From the human T2T-CHM13v2.0 reference genome, Homo sapiens: a DNA stretch of 64,000 nucleotides. How positions within the stretch are numbered: the stretch's first letter is position 1; each line of letters starts with the position of its first letter. Location of the stretch: assembly GCF_009914755.1 (NCBI RefSeq), contig NC_060939.1; one strand, 5' to 3'. A program made the translations under genes and the position numbers. Shown here piece by piece: positions 1 to 17,500 of this stretch. The notes under the pieces were generated by a model, which saw nothing but the letters and a program-made list of their open reading frames with translations, was not told the origin of the DNA and did no database searches.

Positions 1-412
1 CTTTTTCATAGAGCGGTTTCAAATCACTCTTATCCTTGTATCTGCAAGTGTATATTTGTACTGCTTAGAGGCCTTCATTGGAAACGGGAATATCTTCTCA
101 TAAAAACTAGGCAGAAGCATTCTCAGAAACTTCTTTGTGATGTGTGAATTCAACTCACAGAGTTGAACCTTTCTTTGGTAGAGCAGTCTTGAAACAATCA
201 TTTTGTAGGATCTGCAATTGGACATTTGCAGAGTTTTGAGGCCTATGGTGGAAAGGAAATACCTTCACATAAAAACTAGACAAAAGCATTCTCAGGAACT
301 TCTTTGTGATGTTTGCATTCAACTCACAGAGTTGAAGATACCTTTTCATAGAACAGTTTTGAAACACTCTTTTCGTAGGATCTGCAAGTGGATATTTGGA
401 CTGCTTTGAGGC

Positions 413-429
413 CTTCGTTGTAAACGGGA
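413..429 (+). promoter_or_regulatory. CENP-B box, core-intact variant CTTCGTTGTAAACGGGA
   Basis: Matches the essential core nTTCGnnnnAnnCGGGn. Confidence 0.8.
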
Positions 430-2238
430 ATATCTTCACATAAAAACTAGAAAGAAGAATTCTCAGAAACTTCTCTGTGATGTGTGCATTCAACTTACAG
501 AGTTGAACCTTTGTTTTTATGGAGCAGTTTTGAAACACTCATTTTGTAGGATCTGCAAGTGGACATTTGCAGAGCTTTGAGGCCTATGTTGGAAAGGAAA
601 TATCTTCATATAAAAAGTAGACAGAAGCATTCTCATAAACTTCTTTGAGAATTTTGCATTCAACTGACAGAGTTGAACATACCTTTTCATAGAGCAGTTT
701 TGAAACACTCTTTTCGTAGAATCTCCAAGTGGATATTTGGACTGCATTGAGGCCTACGTTGTAAACTGAAATATCTTCACATAAAAACCAGACAGAAGCA
801 TTCTCAGAAACTTCTTTGGGATGTGTGCATTCAACTCACAGATTTAAACGTTCCTTTTGATAGGACAGTTTTGAAACACTCTTTTTGTAGAATCTGCAAG
901 TGGACATTTGAAAGGCTTTGAGGCCTGTGGTGGAAAAGGAAATATCTTCACATAAAAACTAAACAGAAGCATTCGCAGAAACTTCTTTGTGATGTTTGCA
1001 TTCAACTCACAGAGTTGAACATACCTTTTCATAGAGCAGTTTTGAAACACTCTGTTCTTAGAATCTGCAAGTAGATATTTGGACTGCTTTGAGGCCTTCT
1101 TTGGAAACGGGAATATCTTAACATAAAAAGCGGACAGAAGCATTCTCAGAAACTTCTTCGTGATGTGTGCTTTCATCTCACAGAGTTGAACCTTTCTTTT
1201 GATAGCATAGGTTTGAAACACTCTTTTTGTAGAAACTGCAAGTGGACCTTTGGAAATATTTGTAGCCTATGGTGGAAAAAGAAATATCTTCACAGAAAAT
1301 CCAGACAGATGCATTATCAGAAACCTCTTTGTGATGTTTGCATTCAACTCACAGAGTTGAACATACCTTTTCATAGATCAGTTTTGAAAAAGTCTTTTCG
1401 TGGAATCTGCAAATGCGTATTTGGACTGCCTTGAGGCCTTAGTTGTAAATGGGAATATCTTCACATGAGAACTAGAAAGAAACATTCTCTGAACCATCTT
1501 TGTGATGTATGCATTCAACTCACAGAGTTGAACATTTCTTGTCATAGAGCAGATTTGAAACACTAATTTTGTAGAATCTGCAAGTGGATATATGGAGAGC
1601 TTTGAGGTCTATGGTGGAAAGGAAATATCTTCACATGAAAACTTGACAGAAGCGTTCTCAGAAACTACTTTGTGATGGCTGAATTCAACTCACAGAGTTG
1701 AACATACGTTTTCATACAGAAGTTTTGAAACACTCTTTTTGTAGAATCTGCAAGTGGATATTTGGACTCTGTGAGGCCTTCCTTGGAAACGGGAATATCT
1801 TCACATAAAAACCAGACAGAAGCATTCTCAGAAACTTCTTTTTGATGTTTGCATTCAACTCACAGCATTGAACATACCTTTTCATAGAGCGGTTTTGACA
1901 CACTCTTTTCGCAGAATCTGCAAGTGGATATTTGGACTGCTTTGAGGCCTTTGTTGGAAATGGGAATATCCTCACTTAAAAGCTAGACAGCAGCATTCTC
2001 AGAAACTTCTTTGTGATGTGTGCATTCAACTCACAGAGTTGAACCTTTCTTTTGATAGAGCAGTTTTGAAACTCTCTTTTTGTACAATCTGCAAGTGGAC
2101 ATTTGGAGAGTTTTAAGGCCTACAGTGGAAAAGGAAATATCGTCACATAAAAACTAGACAGAGGGATTCTCAGAAACATCTTTGTAGTGTTTGCATTCAA
2201 CTTACAGATTTGAACATACCTTTTCATAGAGCAGGTTT

Positions 2239-2250
2239 GAAACACTCTTT

Positions 2251-2252
<2 letters not shown>
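2239..2252 (+). repeat. Left target-site duplication of the Alu (GAAACACTCTTTTC)
   Basis: Identical 14-mer at 2552-2565 on the other side of the Alu. Confidence 0.92.
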
Positions 2253-2551
<299 letters not shown>

Positions 2552-3628
2552 GAAACACTCTTTTCATAGAATCTGCAAGTGGATATTTGGACTGCTTTGA
2601 GGCCTTCGTTGGAAAAAGGAATATCTACACATAAAAACTAGACAGAGGCATTCTCAGAAACTACTTTGTGATTTGTGCATTCAACTCACAGAGTTGAAAC
2701 TTTCTTTTGATAGAACAGTTTTGAAACAACTTTTTGTAGAATCTGCAAGTGGACATTTAGAAAGCTTTGAGGCCTTTGGTGGAAAGGGTAATGTCTTCAC
2801 ATAAAAACCAGGCAGAATAATTCTCAGAAACTTCTTTGTGATGTTTGCATTCAACTCACTGAGTTGAACATACCTTTTCATAGAGCAGTTTTGAAACACT
2901 CTTGTCATAGAATCTGCAAGTGGATATTTGGACAGCTTCACGGATTTTGTTAGAAACGGGAACATATTCACATTAAAAAACAGACAAAAGCATTCTCAGA
3001 AACTTCTTTGTGAGGTGTGCATTCAACTCACAGAGTTAAATCTTTCTTTTGATAGAGCAGTTTTGAAACAATATTTTTGTAGTATCTGCAAGTGGACATT
3101 TGGATAGCTTTGAGGCTTATGGTGGAAAAGGAAATATATTCACATAAAAACTAGACAGAAGCATTCTCAGAAACTTCTTTGGATGTTTGCATTCAACTCA
3201 CAGAGTTGAACATACCTTTCATACAGCAGTTTTGAAACACTATTTTCCTAAAATGTGCAATTGGATATTTGGACTGCTTTGAGGCCTTAGTTAGAAAAGG
3301 GAATATCTTCACATAAAAACTAGACACAAGCATTCTCAGAAACTTCTTTGTGATGTGTGCATTCATCTCACAGAGTTCAACCTTTGTTTTGATAGAACAG
3401 TTTTGAAACACACTTTTTGTAGTATCTGCAAGTGGACATTTGGAAAGCTTTTAGGCCTATGGTAGAAAAAGGAAATATCTTCACTTAAAAACTGGACAGA
3501 ATTAGTCTCAGAAACGTCTTTGTGATGTTTGCATTCAACTCACAGAGTTGAACATACCTTTTAATAGAGCAGTTTTGAAACACTCTTTTCGTAGAATCTG
3601 CAAGTGGATATTTGGACTGTTTTTAGGC

Positions 3629-3645
3629 CTTCGTTGGAAACGGGA
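3629..3645 (+). promoter_or_regulatory. Canonical CENP-B box CTTCGTTGGAAACGGGA
   Basis: Exact 17-mer match. Confidence 0.9.
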
Positions 3646-4654
3646 ATATACTCTCATGAAAACTAGACAGAAGTATTCTCAGAAACTTCTTTGTGATGTG
3701 TGCATTCAACGCACAGATTTGAAACTTTCTTATGATAGAGCAGATTTGAAGCACTCCTTTTGTAGAATATACAGGTGGATATTTGGACAGTTTTGAGGCC
3801 TTCATTGGAAACGGGAGTATCTTCACATAAAAACTAGACAGAAGCATTCTCAGAAACTTCTTTGTGATTTGTGCATTCAATTCACAGATTTGAACATAAC
3901 TTTTTATAGAGAAATTTTGGAAAACTCTCTTCGAAGTATCTGCAAGTGGATATTTGTACTGCTTTGGGGCCTACGTGGGAAACGTGAATAACTTCACATA
4001 AAAACTAGTCAGAAGCATTCTCAGAAACTTCTTTGTTATGTGTGCATTCAACTCACAGATTTGAACCTTTTTTTGATAGAGCACCTTTGAAACATTCTTT
4101 TTGTAGAATCTCCAAGTGCACATTTGTAGAGATTTGATGTCGAAGGTGGAAAAGGAAATATTTTCACATAAAAATTAGACAGAAGCATTCTCAGAAATTT
4201 CTTTGTGATGTTCGCATTCACCTCACCGAGTTGAACATATCTTTTCATAGAGAAGTTTTGAAACCCTCTTTTCGTAGAATCTGCAAGTGTATAGTTTGAC
4301 TGCTTTGAGACCTTCATTGGAAACTGGAATATCTTCCCATAAAAACGAGACAGAAGCATTTTCAGAAACGTCTTTGTGATGTTTGCATTCAGCTCACAAA
4401 GTTGAACCTTTCTTTTGATAGAGCAGTTTTGAAACACTCTTTTTGTAGAATCTACAAGTGGACATTTGGAGAGCTTTGAAGCCTATGGTGGAAAAGGAAA
4501 TACGTTCCCATAAAAAACTACACAGAAGCATTCTCAGAAACTTCTTTGTGATGTTGGCATTCAACTCGCAGGGTTTAACATACCTTTTCATAGAGAAGTT
4601 CTGAAACACACTTTTCATAGATTCGGCAAGTGGATATTTGGACTGCTTTGAGGC

Positions 4655-4671
4655 CTTCGTTGGAAACGGGA
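4655..4671 (+). promoter_or_regulatory. Canonical CENP-B box CTTCGTTGGAAACGGGA
   Basis: Exact 17-mer match. Confidence 0.9.
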
Positions 4672-5331
4672 ATATCATCCCATCAAAACTATACAGAAGC
4701 ATTCTCAGAATCTTCTTTGTAATGTGTGCATTCAACCCACAGAGTTGAACATTTCTTTTCATTGTGTAGTTTTTAAAAACTTATTTTGTAGGATCTGCGA
4801 GTGGATATTTGGAGAGCTTTGAGGCCTATGGTGGAAAGGAAATATCTTCACATAAAAACTGGACAGAAGCATTCTCAGAAACTTCTTTGTGATGTTTGCA
4901 TTCAACTCACAGAGATGAACATACCTTTTCATAGAGCAGTTTTTAAACACTCTTTTTTTAGAATCTGTAAGTGGATATTTGGACTGCTTTGGGCCCTTCG
5001 TTGGAAAAGTTAATGTCTCCACATAAAAACAAGACAGAAGGATTCTCAGAAACATTTTTGTCATGTGTGCATTCAACTCACACAGTTGAACATACCTTTT
5101 CCTTTTTTTTTTTTGTTTCTTTTATTATTATACTTTAAGTTTTAAGGTACATGTGCACATTGTGCAGGTAAGTTACATATGTATACATGTGCCATGCTGG
5201 TGCACTGCACCCACTAACTCGTCAGCTAGCATTAGGTATATCTCCCAATGCTATCCCTCCCCCCTCCCCCCACCCCACAACAGTCCCCAGAGTTTGATGT
5301 CCCCCTTCCTGTGTCCATGTGATCTCATTGT

Positions 5332-9161
<3,830 letters not shown>

Positions 9162-9224
9162 GATGATGTTAGCTGGTTATTTTGCTCATTAGTTGATGCA
9201 GTTTCTTCCTAGTCTCTATGGTCT

Positions 9225-10242
9225 TTACATTTTGGCATGATTTTGCAGTGGCTGGTACTGGTTGTTCCTTTCCATGTTTAGCGTTTCATTCAGGAGCTCT
9301 TTTAGGGCAGGCCTGGTGGTGACAAAATCTCTCAGCATTTGCTTGTCTGTAAAGGATTTTATTTCTCCTTCACTTATGAAGCTTAGTTTGGCTGGATATG
9401 AAATTCTGGGTTGAAAATTCTTTTCTTTAAGAATGTTGAATATTGGCCCCCACTCTCTTCTGGCTTCTAGGGTTTCTGCCAAGAGATCCGCTGTTAGTCT
9501 GATGGACTTCCCTTTGAGGGTAACCCGACCTTTCTCTCTGGCTGCCCTTAACGTTTTTTCCTTCATTTCAACTTCGGTGAATCTGAGAATGATGTGTCTT
9601 GGAGTTGCTCTTCTCGAGGAGTATCTTTGTGGCGTTCTGTGTATTTCCTGAATCTGAACGTTGGCCTGCCTTGTTAGATTGGGGAAGTTCTCCTGGGTAA
9701 TATCCTGCAGAGTGTTTTCCAACTTGATTCCATTCTCCCCGTCACTTTCAGGTACACCAATCCGACGTAGATTTGGTCTTTTCACATAGTCCCATATTTC
9801 TTGGAGGCTTTGCCCATTTCTTTTTATTCTTTTTTTCTCTAAACTTCCCTTCTCTCTTCATTTCATTCATTTCATCTTCCATTGCTGATACCGTTTCTTC
9901 CAGTTGATCGCATCAGCTCCTGAGGCTTCTGCATTCTTCACGTAGTTCTCGAGCCTTGGTTTTCAGCTCCATCAGCTCCTTTAAGCACTTCTCTGTATTG
10001 GTTATTCTAGTTACACATTCTTCTAAATTTTTTTCAAACTTTTCAACTTCTTTGCCTTTGGTTTGAATGTCCTCCCATAGCTCAGAGTAATTTGATCGTC
10101 TGAAGCCTTCTTCTCTCAGCTCGTCAAAGTCGTTCTCCGTCCAGCTTTGTTCCATTGCTGGTGAGGAACTGCGTTCCTCTGGAGGAGGAGAGGCGCTCTG
10201 CTTTTTAGAGTTTCCAGTTTTTCTTTTCTGTTTTTTCCCCAT
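9225..10242 (-). pseudogene. ORF1: L1 ORF1 (p40 RNA-binding protein), disrupted
   Basis: MGKKQ...SASPPP start and ...YQPLQNHAKM end. Premature TGA at 9913-9915 after RSLRS, and a 1-nt frame offset between the N- and C-terminal fragments (span 1018 nt). Confidence 0.95.
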
Positions 10243-11142
10243 CATTGTGGTTTTATCTACTTTTGGTCTTTGATGATGGTGATGTACAGATGGGTTTTTG
10301 GTGTGGATGCCCTTTCTGTTTGTTAGTTTTCCTTCTAACAGACAGGACCCTCAGCAGCAGGTCTGTTGGAGTACCCTGCCGTGTGAGGTGTCAGTGTGCC
10401 CCTGCTGGGGCGTGCCTCCCAGTTAGGCTGCTCGGGGGTCAGGGGTCAGGGATCCACTTGAGGAGGCAGTCTGCCCGTTCTCAGATCTCCAGCTGCATAC
10501 TGGGAGAACCACTGCTCTCTTCAAAGCAGTCAGACAGGGACATATAAGTCTGCAGAGGTTACTGCTGTCTTTTTGTTTGTCTGTGCCCTGCCCCCAGAGG
10601 TGGAGCCTACAGAGGCAGGCAGGCCTCCTTGAGCTGTGGTGGGCTCCACCCAGTTCGAGCTTCCCGGCTGCTTTGTTTACCTCAGCAAGCCTGGGCAATG
10701 GCGGGCGCCCCTCCCCCAGCCTCGCTGCAGCCTTGCAGTTTGATCTCAGACTGCTGTGTTAGCAATCAGTGAGACTCCGTGGGCGTAGGACCCTCCAAAC
10801 CAGCTGCGGGATATAATCTCATGGTGTGCCATTTTTTAAGTCCATTGGAAAAGCACAGTATTCGGGTGGAAGTGACCCGATTTTCCAGGTGCCGTCTGTC
10901 ACCCCTTTCTTTGACTAGGAAAGGGAATTCCCTGACCCCTTGTGCTTCCCGAGTGAGGCAATGCCTCACCCTGCTTCGGCTCGTGCATCGTGCATGCACC
11001 CACTGACCTGCGCCCACTGCCTGGCATTCCCTAATGAGATGAACCCGGTACCTCAGATGGAAATGCAGAAATCACCCGTCTTCTGTGTCACTCATGCTGG
11101 GAGCTGTAGACTGGAGCTGTTAGTATTCGGCCATCTCGGCTC
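10243..11142 (-). promoter_or_regulatory. L1 5'UTR with internal sense promoter and antisense promoter region
   Basis: GC-rich ~900-bp segment matching the L1PA 5'UTR, with many CpG-to-TpG changes. Promoter function is family knowledge, not shown for this copy. Confidence 0.85.
10698..11006 (+). pseudogene. ORF0: L1 antisense ORF0 remnant with premature stop
   Basis: ATG at 10698 reads MAGAPPPASLQPCSLISDCCVSNQ, then TGA at 10770-10772. The same frame continues DSVGVGPSKP...VTRFSRC (ORF track 10779-11006). Confidence 0.8.
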
Positions 11143-14062
11143 TCTGTTTAGTATTTATGTGAAGATATTCCCGTTTAAAACGAAGACCTCAAAGCAGTCC
11201 AAATACCCACTTGCAGATTCTACGAAAAGAGTGTTTCAAAACTGCTCTATGAAAAGCTGTGTTCAACTCTGTGAGTTGAATGCAAGTATCAGAAAGTTTC
11301 TGAGAATGCTTCTGTCTAATGTTTATGTGAAGACATTTACTTCCACCATAGGCCTCAAATCTCTCCAAATGACCACTTGTAGCTTCTGCAAAATGAGTGT
11401 TTCAAAACTGATCTATCAAAAGAAAGGTTCAACTCTCTGAGTTGAATACACACATCACAAAGAAGTTTCTGAGAATGCTTCGGTCTAGTTTTTATGTGAA
11501 GATATTCCCGTTTACAACAAAAGCCTCAAAGCAGTCCAAATATCCACTTGCAAATTCTACGAAAACAGTGTTTCAAAACTACCCTATGAAAAGGTATCTT
11601 CATCTCTGTGAGTTGAATGCAAACAACATGAAGAAGTTTCTGAGAATGCTTCTGTGAAGTTTTTTTCTGAAGATATTTCAGTTTCCACCATAGGCCTCAA
11701 AATGCTCCCAATGTCCACTTGCAGATTCTACAAAAAGAATTTTTCAAAGCTGCTGAATCAAAAGAAAGGTTCAACTCTATGAGTTGAATGCACACATCAC
11801 AAAGAAGTTTCTGAGAATGTTTCTGTCTAGTTTTTATATGAAGATATTCCCGTTTCCAATGAAGGCCTCAAAGTAGTCCAAATATCCACTTGCAGTATTA
11901 AGAAAAGAGTGTTTCAAAACTGGTCTATGAAAAGGTATGTTAAATTCTGTGAGTTGAAGACAAACATCACAAAGAAGTTTCTGAGAATGCTTCGGTCTGG
12001 GTTTTATGTGAATATATTCCCTTTTCTACCATAGGCCTCGAAGCTCTCCAAATGTCCACTTGCAGATTCTACAAAAAGAGTGTTTCAAAACTGCTCTATC
12101 ATAAGAAAGTTTCAACTCTGTGAGTTGAAGGCACATATCACAAAGTACTTTCTCAGAATTCTTCTGTCTAGTTTTCATGTGAAGATATTCCCATTTTCAA
12201 TGAAGGCCTCAAAGCAGTCCAAATATCCACTTGCAGATACCACGAATAGAGTGTTTCAAAACTGCTCTGTGAAAAGGTATGTTCTACTCTGTGAGTTGAA
12301 TGCAAACATCACAAAAACTTTCTGAGAATGCTTCTGTCTAGTTTTTATGTGAAGATATTTCCTTTCCACCATATGCCCCAAAGCTCTCCAAATGTCCACT
12401 TGTAGATTATTCAAAAAGATTGTTTCAAAACTGCTCTATGAAAAGGAAGGTTCAACTCTGTGAGATGAATGCACACATCACAAAGAAGTTTCTGGGAGTG
12501 TTTCTATGTAGTTTTTATGGGAAGATATTCCCGTTTCCAAAGAAGGCCTCAATGCCATCAAAATATCCCCTTGCAGGTTCTACGAAAAGTGTGTTTCAAA
12601 ACTACTCTATGAAAACGTATGTTCAACTCTGTGTGTTGAATCAAACATCACAAAGAAGTTTGTGAGAATGTTTCTGTCTGGTTTTTATGTGAAGATATCC
12701 CCTTTTCCACCATAGGCCTCAATGCTCTCCAAATGTAATCTTGTAGATTCTACAAAAAGAGTGTTTCAGAACTGCACTATCAAAAGAAAGGCTCAACTCT
12801 ATGACTTTAATGCACGCATCACAAAGAAGTTTCTGAGAATGCTTCTGTCTAGTTTTTATGTGAATATATTCCTGTTTCCAACGAAGGCCTCAAAGCAGTC
12901 CAAATATCCACTTGCAGATTCTACGAAAGGAGTGTTTCAAAACTGCTTTATGAAAAGGTATGTTCAACTGTGTGAATTGAATGCAAACATCACAAAAAAG
13001 TTTCTGGGAATACTTCTGTCTAGTATTTAAATGAAGATGTTTCATTTCCATCATAGCCCTCAAAGCTCTCCAAATGTCCACTTGAAGATTCTACAATATG
13101 AGTGTTTCAAAACTGCTCTATCAAAAGAAAGGTTCAACTGTGTGAGTTGAATGCACACATGACAAAGAAGTTTTTGAGAATTCTTATTTCTAGTTTTTAT
13201 GTGAAGATGTTTCCTTTCCAACATAGGCCTCAAAGCTCTACAAATGTCAACTTGCAGATCCTACAAAATGAGTGTTTCGAAACTGCTCAATCAAAAGAAA
13301 GGTTCAACTCAGTGAGGTGAATGCACCCATCACAAAGAGGTTTCTGAGAATGCTTCTGTGTAGTTTTTATGGGAAGATATTTCCGTTTCCAACGAAGGCC
13401 TCAAAGCAGTCCAAATATCCACTTGCAGATTCGATGAAAAGAGTGTTTCAAAACTGCTCAATGGAAAGGTATGTTCAACTCTGTGAGTTGAATGCAAGTA
13501 TCAGAAAGGAGTTTCTGAGAATGCTTCTGTCTAATGTTTATGTGAAGATATTTACTTCCACCAAATGCCTCAAAGCTCTCCAAATGACCACTTGCAGATT
13601 CTGCAAAAGGAGTGTTTCAAAACTGCTCAATCAAAAGAAAGGTTCACCTCTGTGAGTTCAATACACATATCACAAAGAAGTTTCTGAGAATTCTTCTGTC
13701 TAGTTTTTATGTGAACATATTCCCGTTTACAACGTAGGCCTCAATGCAGTCCAAATATCCACTTGTAGATTCTACGAAAACAGTGTTTCAAAACTACTCT
13801 ATGAAAAGGTATCTTCATCTCTGTGAGTTGAATGCAAGCAACAGAAAGAAGTTTCTGAGAATGCTTCTGTCAACTTTTTATGTGAAGATATTTCATTTTC
13901 TACCATAGGCCTCAAAGCGCTCACAATGTCCACTTGCAGATTCTACAAAAAGAGTGTTTCAAAGCTGCTGAATCAAAAGAAAGGTTCAACTCTATGAGTT
14001 GAACGCACACATCACAAAGAAGTTTCTGAGAATGTTTCTGTCTAGTTTTCATGTGAAGATAT

Positions 14063-14079
14063 TCCCGTTTCCAACGAAG
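14063..14079 (-). promoter_or_regulatory. Canonical CENP-B box
   Basis: TCCCGTTTCCAACGAAG on the + strand. Confidence 0.88.
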
Positions 14080-14575
14080 GCGCCAAAGCAATCCAAATAT
14101 CCACTTGCAGATATTAAGAAAAGAGTGTTTCAAAACTGCTCTATGAAAAGGTATGTTAAATTCTGTGAGTTGAATACAAACATCACAAAGAAGTTTCTGA
14201 GAACGCTTCTGCCTGGATTTTATGTGAAGATATTCCCTTTTCTACCATAGGCCTCGAAGCTCTCCAAATGTCCACTTGCAGATTCTACAAAAAGAGTGTT
14301 TCAAAACAGCTGTATCAAAAGAAAGTTTCAATTCTGTGAGTTGAATGCACACATCACAAAGAAGTTTCTGATAATGCTTCTGTCTAGTTTTTATGTGAAG
14401 ATATTCCCGTTTCCAACAAAGGTCTCAAAGCAATCCAACTATCCACACGCAGATTCTACGAAAAGAGTGTTTCAAAACTGCTCTATGAAAAGGTATGTTC
14501 AAATCTGTGAGTTGAATGCACACATCACAAAGAAGTTTCTGAGAATTCTTCTGTCTAATTTTTATGTGAAGATAT

Positions 14576-14592
14576 TCCCGTTTCCAACGAAG
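14576..14592 (-). promoter_or_regulatory. Canonical CENP-B box
   Basis: TCCCGTTTCCAACGAAG on the + strand. Confidence 0.88.
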
Positions 14593-17500
14593 GCCTCAAA
14601 GCAGTCCAAACATCCACTTGCAGATATAAGAAAATAGTGTTTCAAAACTGCTCTATGAAAAGGTATGTTCAAATCTGTGAGTTGAATGCAAACATCACAA
14701 AGAAGTTTCTGAGAATGCTTCTGTGTTGTTTTTCTGTGAATATATTTCCTTTCCCACCATAGGCCTCAAAGCTCTCTAAGTGTTCACTTGCAGATTCTAC
14801 GAAAAGAGTGTTTCAAAAATGCTCTATGAAAAAATATATTCAACTCTGTGAGGTAAATACAAACACCACAAAGAAGTTTCTGAGAATGCTTCTGTCTATT
14901 TTTTATCTGAAGATATTTCATTTTCTACCATAGGCCTCAAAGCTCTCCAAATGTCCACTTGCAGATTCTACAAAAACGATGTTTCAAATCTGCTCTATGA
15001 AGAGAAAGGTTAAACTCTGTGAGTTGAATGCACACGTCAGAAAGAAGTTTCTGAGAATCCTTCTGTTTAGTTTGTATGTGTTGGTATTCCCGTTTTCAAC
15101 GAAGGCCCCAAAGCAGTCCAAATATCCATTTGCACAATCAACGTAAAGAGTGTTTCAAAACTGCTCTATGAAAAGGGATCTTCAACTCTGGGAGTTGAAT
15201 GAAAACATCACAAAGTAGTTTCTTAGTATGCTACTGTGTAGTTTTTATGTGAAGATATTTCCTTTTTCACCATAGGCCTCAAAGTTTCCAAATGTCCACT
15301 TGCAGATACTACAAAAAGAGTGCTTCTAATCTGCTCTATCAAAAGAAAGGTTCAATTCTGTTAGTTGAGTGCACACATCACAAAGAAGTTTCTGAGAATC
15401 CTTCTGTCTAGTTTTTATGTGAAGATATTCCCGTTTCCAGCGATGGCCTCAAAACAGTCCAAATATACACTTGCAGATTCATGTAAAAAAGTGTTTCAAA
15501 ACCGCTCTAAGAAAAGGTATGTTCAAATATGAGAGTTGAATGCAAACACAACAAAGACGTTTCTGAGAATGCTTCTGTCTGATTTTTAGGTGAAGATATT
15601 TCCTTTCCACCATTGGCTTCTGCGCTCTCCTAATGTCCACTTGTAGATACTGCAAAGTGAGTGTTTCAAAACTGCTTTATCAAAAAAAGGTTCGACTCTG
15701 TGAGTTGAATGCACACATCCCAAAGAAGTTTCTGAGAATGCTTCTTTCTATTTTTTATGTGTAGATATTGATGTTTCCAATGAAGGCCTCAAAGCAGTCC
15801 AAATATCCACTTGCAGATTCTATGAAAAGAGTTTTCAAAAGTGCTATATGAAAAGGTATGTTCAACTCTGTGAGTTGAATGCAAACATCACAAAGAAGTT
15901 TCTGAGAATGCTTCTGTCTAGTTCATATGAGAAGATATTTTCTTTTCCATCATAGGCCTTAAAGGTCTCCAAATTTCCACTTTCAAATTCTACGAAAATA
16001 GTGTTTCAAAACTGCTCTATGAAAAGCTACGTTCAACTATGTGATTTGAATGCACACATCACAAAGAAGTTTCTGAGAATGCTTCTGTCTAGTTTTTATG
16101 TGAAGTTACTCCCGTTTCCAAATAAGGCCTCAAAGCACTCCAAATATCCACATGCACAAACTACGAAAAGAGTGCTTCAAAACTGCTCGAAGAAAACTTG
16201 TGTTCAAATCGGTGAGTTGAATGAAAACATCATCACAAAGAAGTTTCTCAGTATTCTTCTGTCTAATTTTTTTGTGAAGATATTTCCTTTCCACCATAGG
16301 CCTCAATTCTCTCCAAATGTCCACTTGTAGATCCTGGAAAATGAGTGTTTCAAAACTGCTCTATCAAAAGAAAGGTTCAACTCTGTGAGTTGAATGCACA
16401 CATCACAAAGCAGTTTCTGAGAATGCCTCTGTCTAGTTTTTCTGTGAAGATATTCCCGTTTTGCCTCAAAGCAGTCTAAATATCCACTTGCAGATACTAC
16501 GAAAAAAGTGTTTCAAAACTGCTCTATGAAAAGGTATGTTCAACTCTGTGAGTTGAATGCAAACATCAAAACAATTTCTGAGAATGCTTCGGTCTACTTT
16601 TTATGTGAAGATATTTCATTTTGACCACAGGCCTCAAATCTCTCCAAATGTGCACTTACAGATTCTACAAATTGAGTGTTTCAAAACTGCTCTATCAAAG
16701 GAAAGTTTCAACTCTGTGAGTTGAATGCACACATCACAAAGAAGTTTCTGAGCATGCTTCTGTGTAGTTTTTATGTGAAGATATTCCCGTTTCCAACAAA
16801 GGTCTCAAAGCAGTCCAAATATCCACTTGCAGATTCTGCTATACGAGTGTTTCAAAACTGCTCTATGAAAAGGTATGTTCAAATCTGTGAGTTGAATGCA
16901 AACACCACAAAGAAGTTTCTGAGAATGCTTCTTTCTAGTTCTTATGTGAAGATATTTCCTTTTCTGCCATAGGCCTCAAAGCTTTCTAATTATCCACATG
17001 TAGATTCTACAAAATGATTGTTTCAAAAGTGCTCTGTCAAAATAATGGTTCAACTCTGTGAGTTGAATGCACACATCACAAAGAACTTTCTGAGAATGCT
17101 TCTGTCTAGTTTTTATGTGAAGATATTGCCGTTTCCAATGAAGGCCTCAAATCAGTCCAAATATCCACTTGCAGAATCTACGTAGGGAGTGTTTCCAAAA
17201 TGCTCTATGAAAAGGTATGTTCAACTCTGTGAGTTTAATGCAATCATCACAAACATGTTTCTGAGAATTCTTCTGTCTGGTTTTTATGTGAAGATATTTC
17301 CTTTTCCATCATAGGCCTCAAAGATCTCCAAATGTCCACTTGCAGTTTCCACAAAAAGAGTGTTTTAAAACTGAAGAAATTTTCAACTCTGTGAGTTGAA
17401 TGCAGACATCACAAAGTAGTTTCTGAGAATCCTTGTGTCTAGTTTTTATATGAAAATATTTACTTTTCTACCATAGGTCTCAAATTTCTCCAAATATCCA

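Larger units (their letters stand above)
1..2252 (+). repeat. Alpha satellite (~171-bp monomers), divergent, mixed A/B monomer types (SF5/R1R2-like)
   Basis: CATTCTCAGAAACTTCTTTGTGATG...CAACTCACAGAGTTGAAC recurs every ~171 bp. Monomers carry either CTTCGTTGGAAACGGGA-like (B type) or CTATGGTGGAAAAGGAA-like (A type) boxes in irregular alternation. The SF5 label is inferred from that pattern. Confidence 0.97.
2552..5101 (+). repeat. Alpha satellite, continuation of the left block (begins with the right Alu TSD, 2552-2565)
   Basis: Same monomer periodicity and orientation; the monomer resumes in register after the Alu. Confidence 0.97.
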
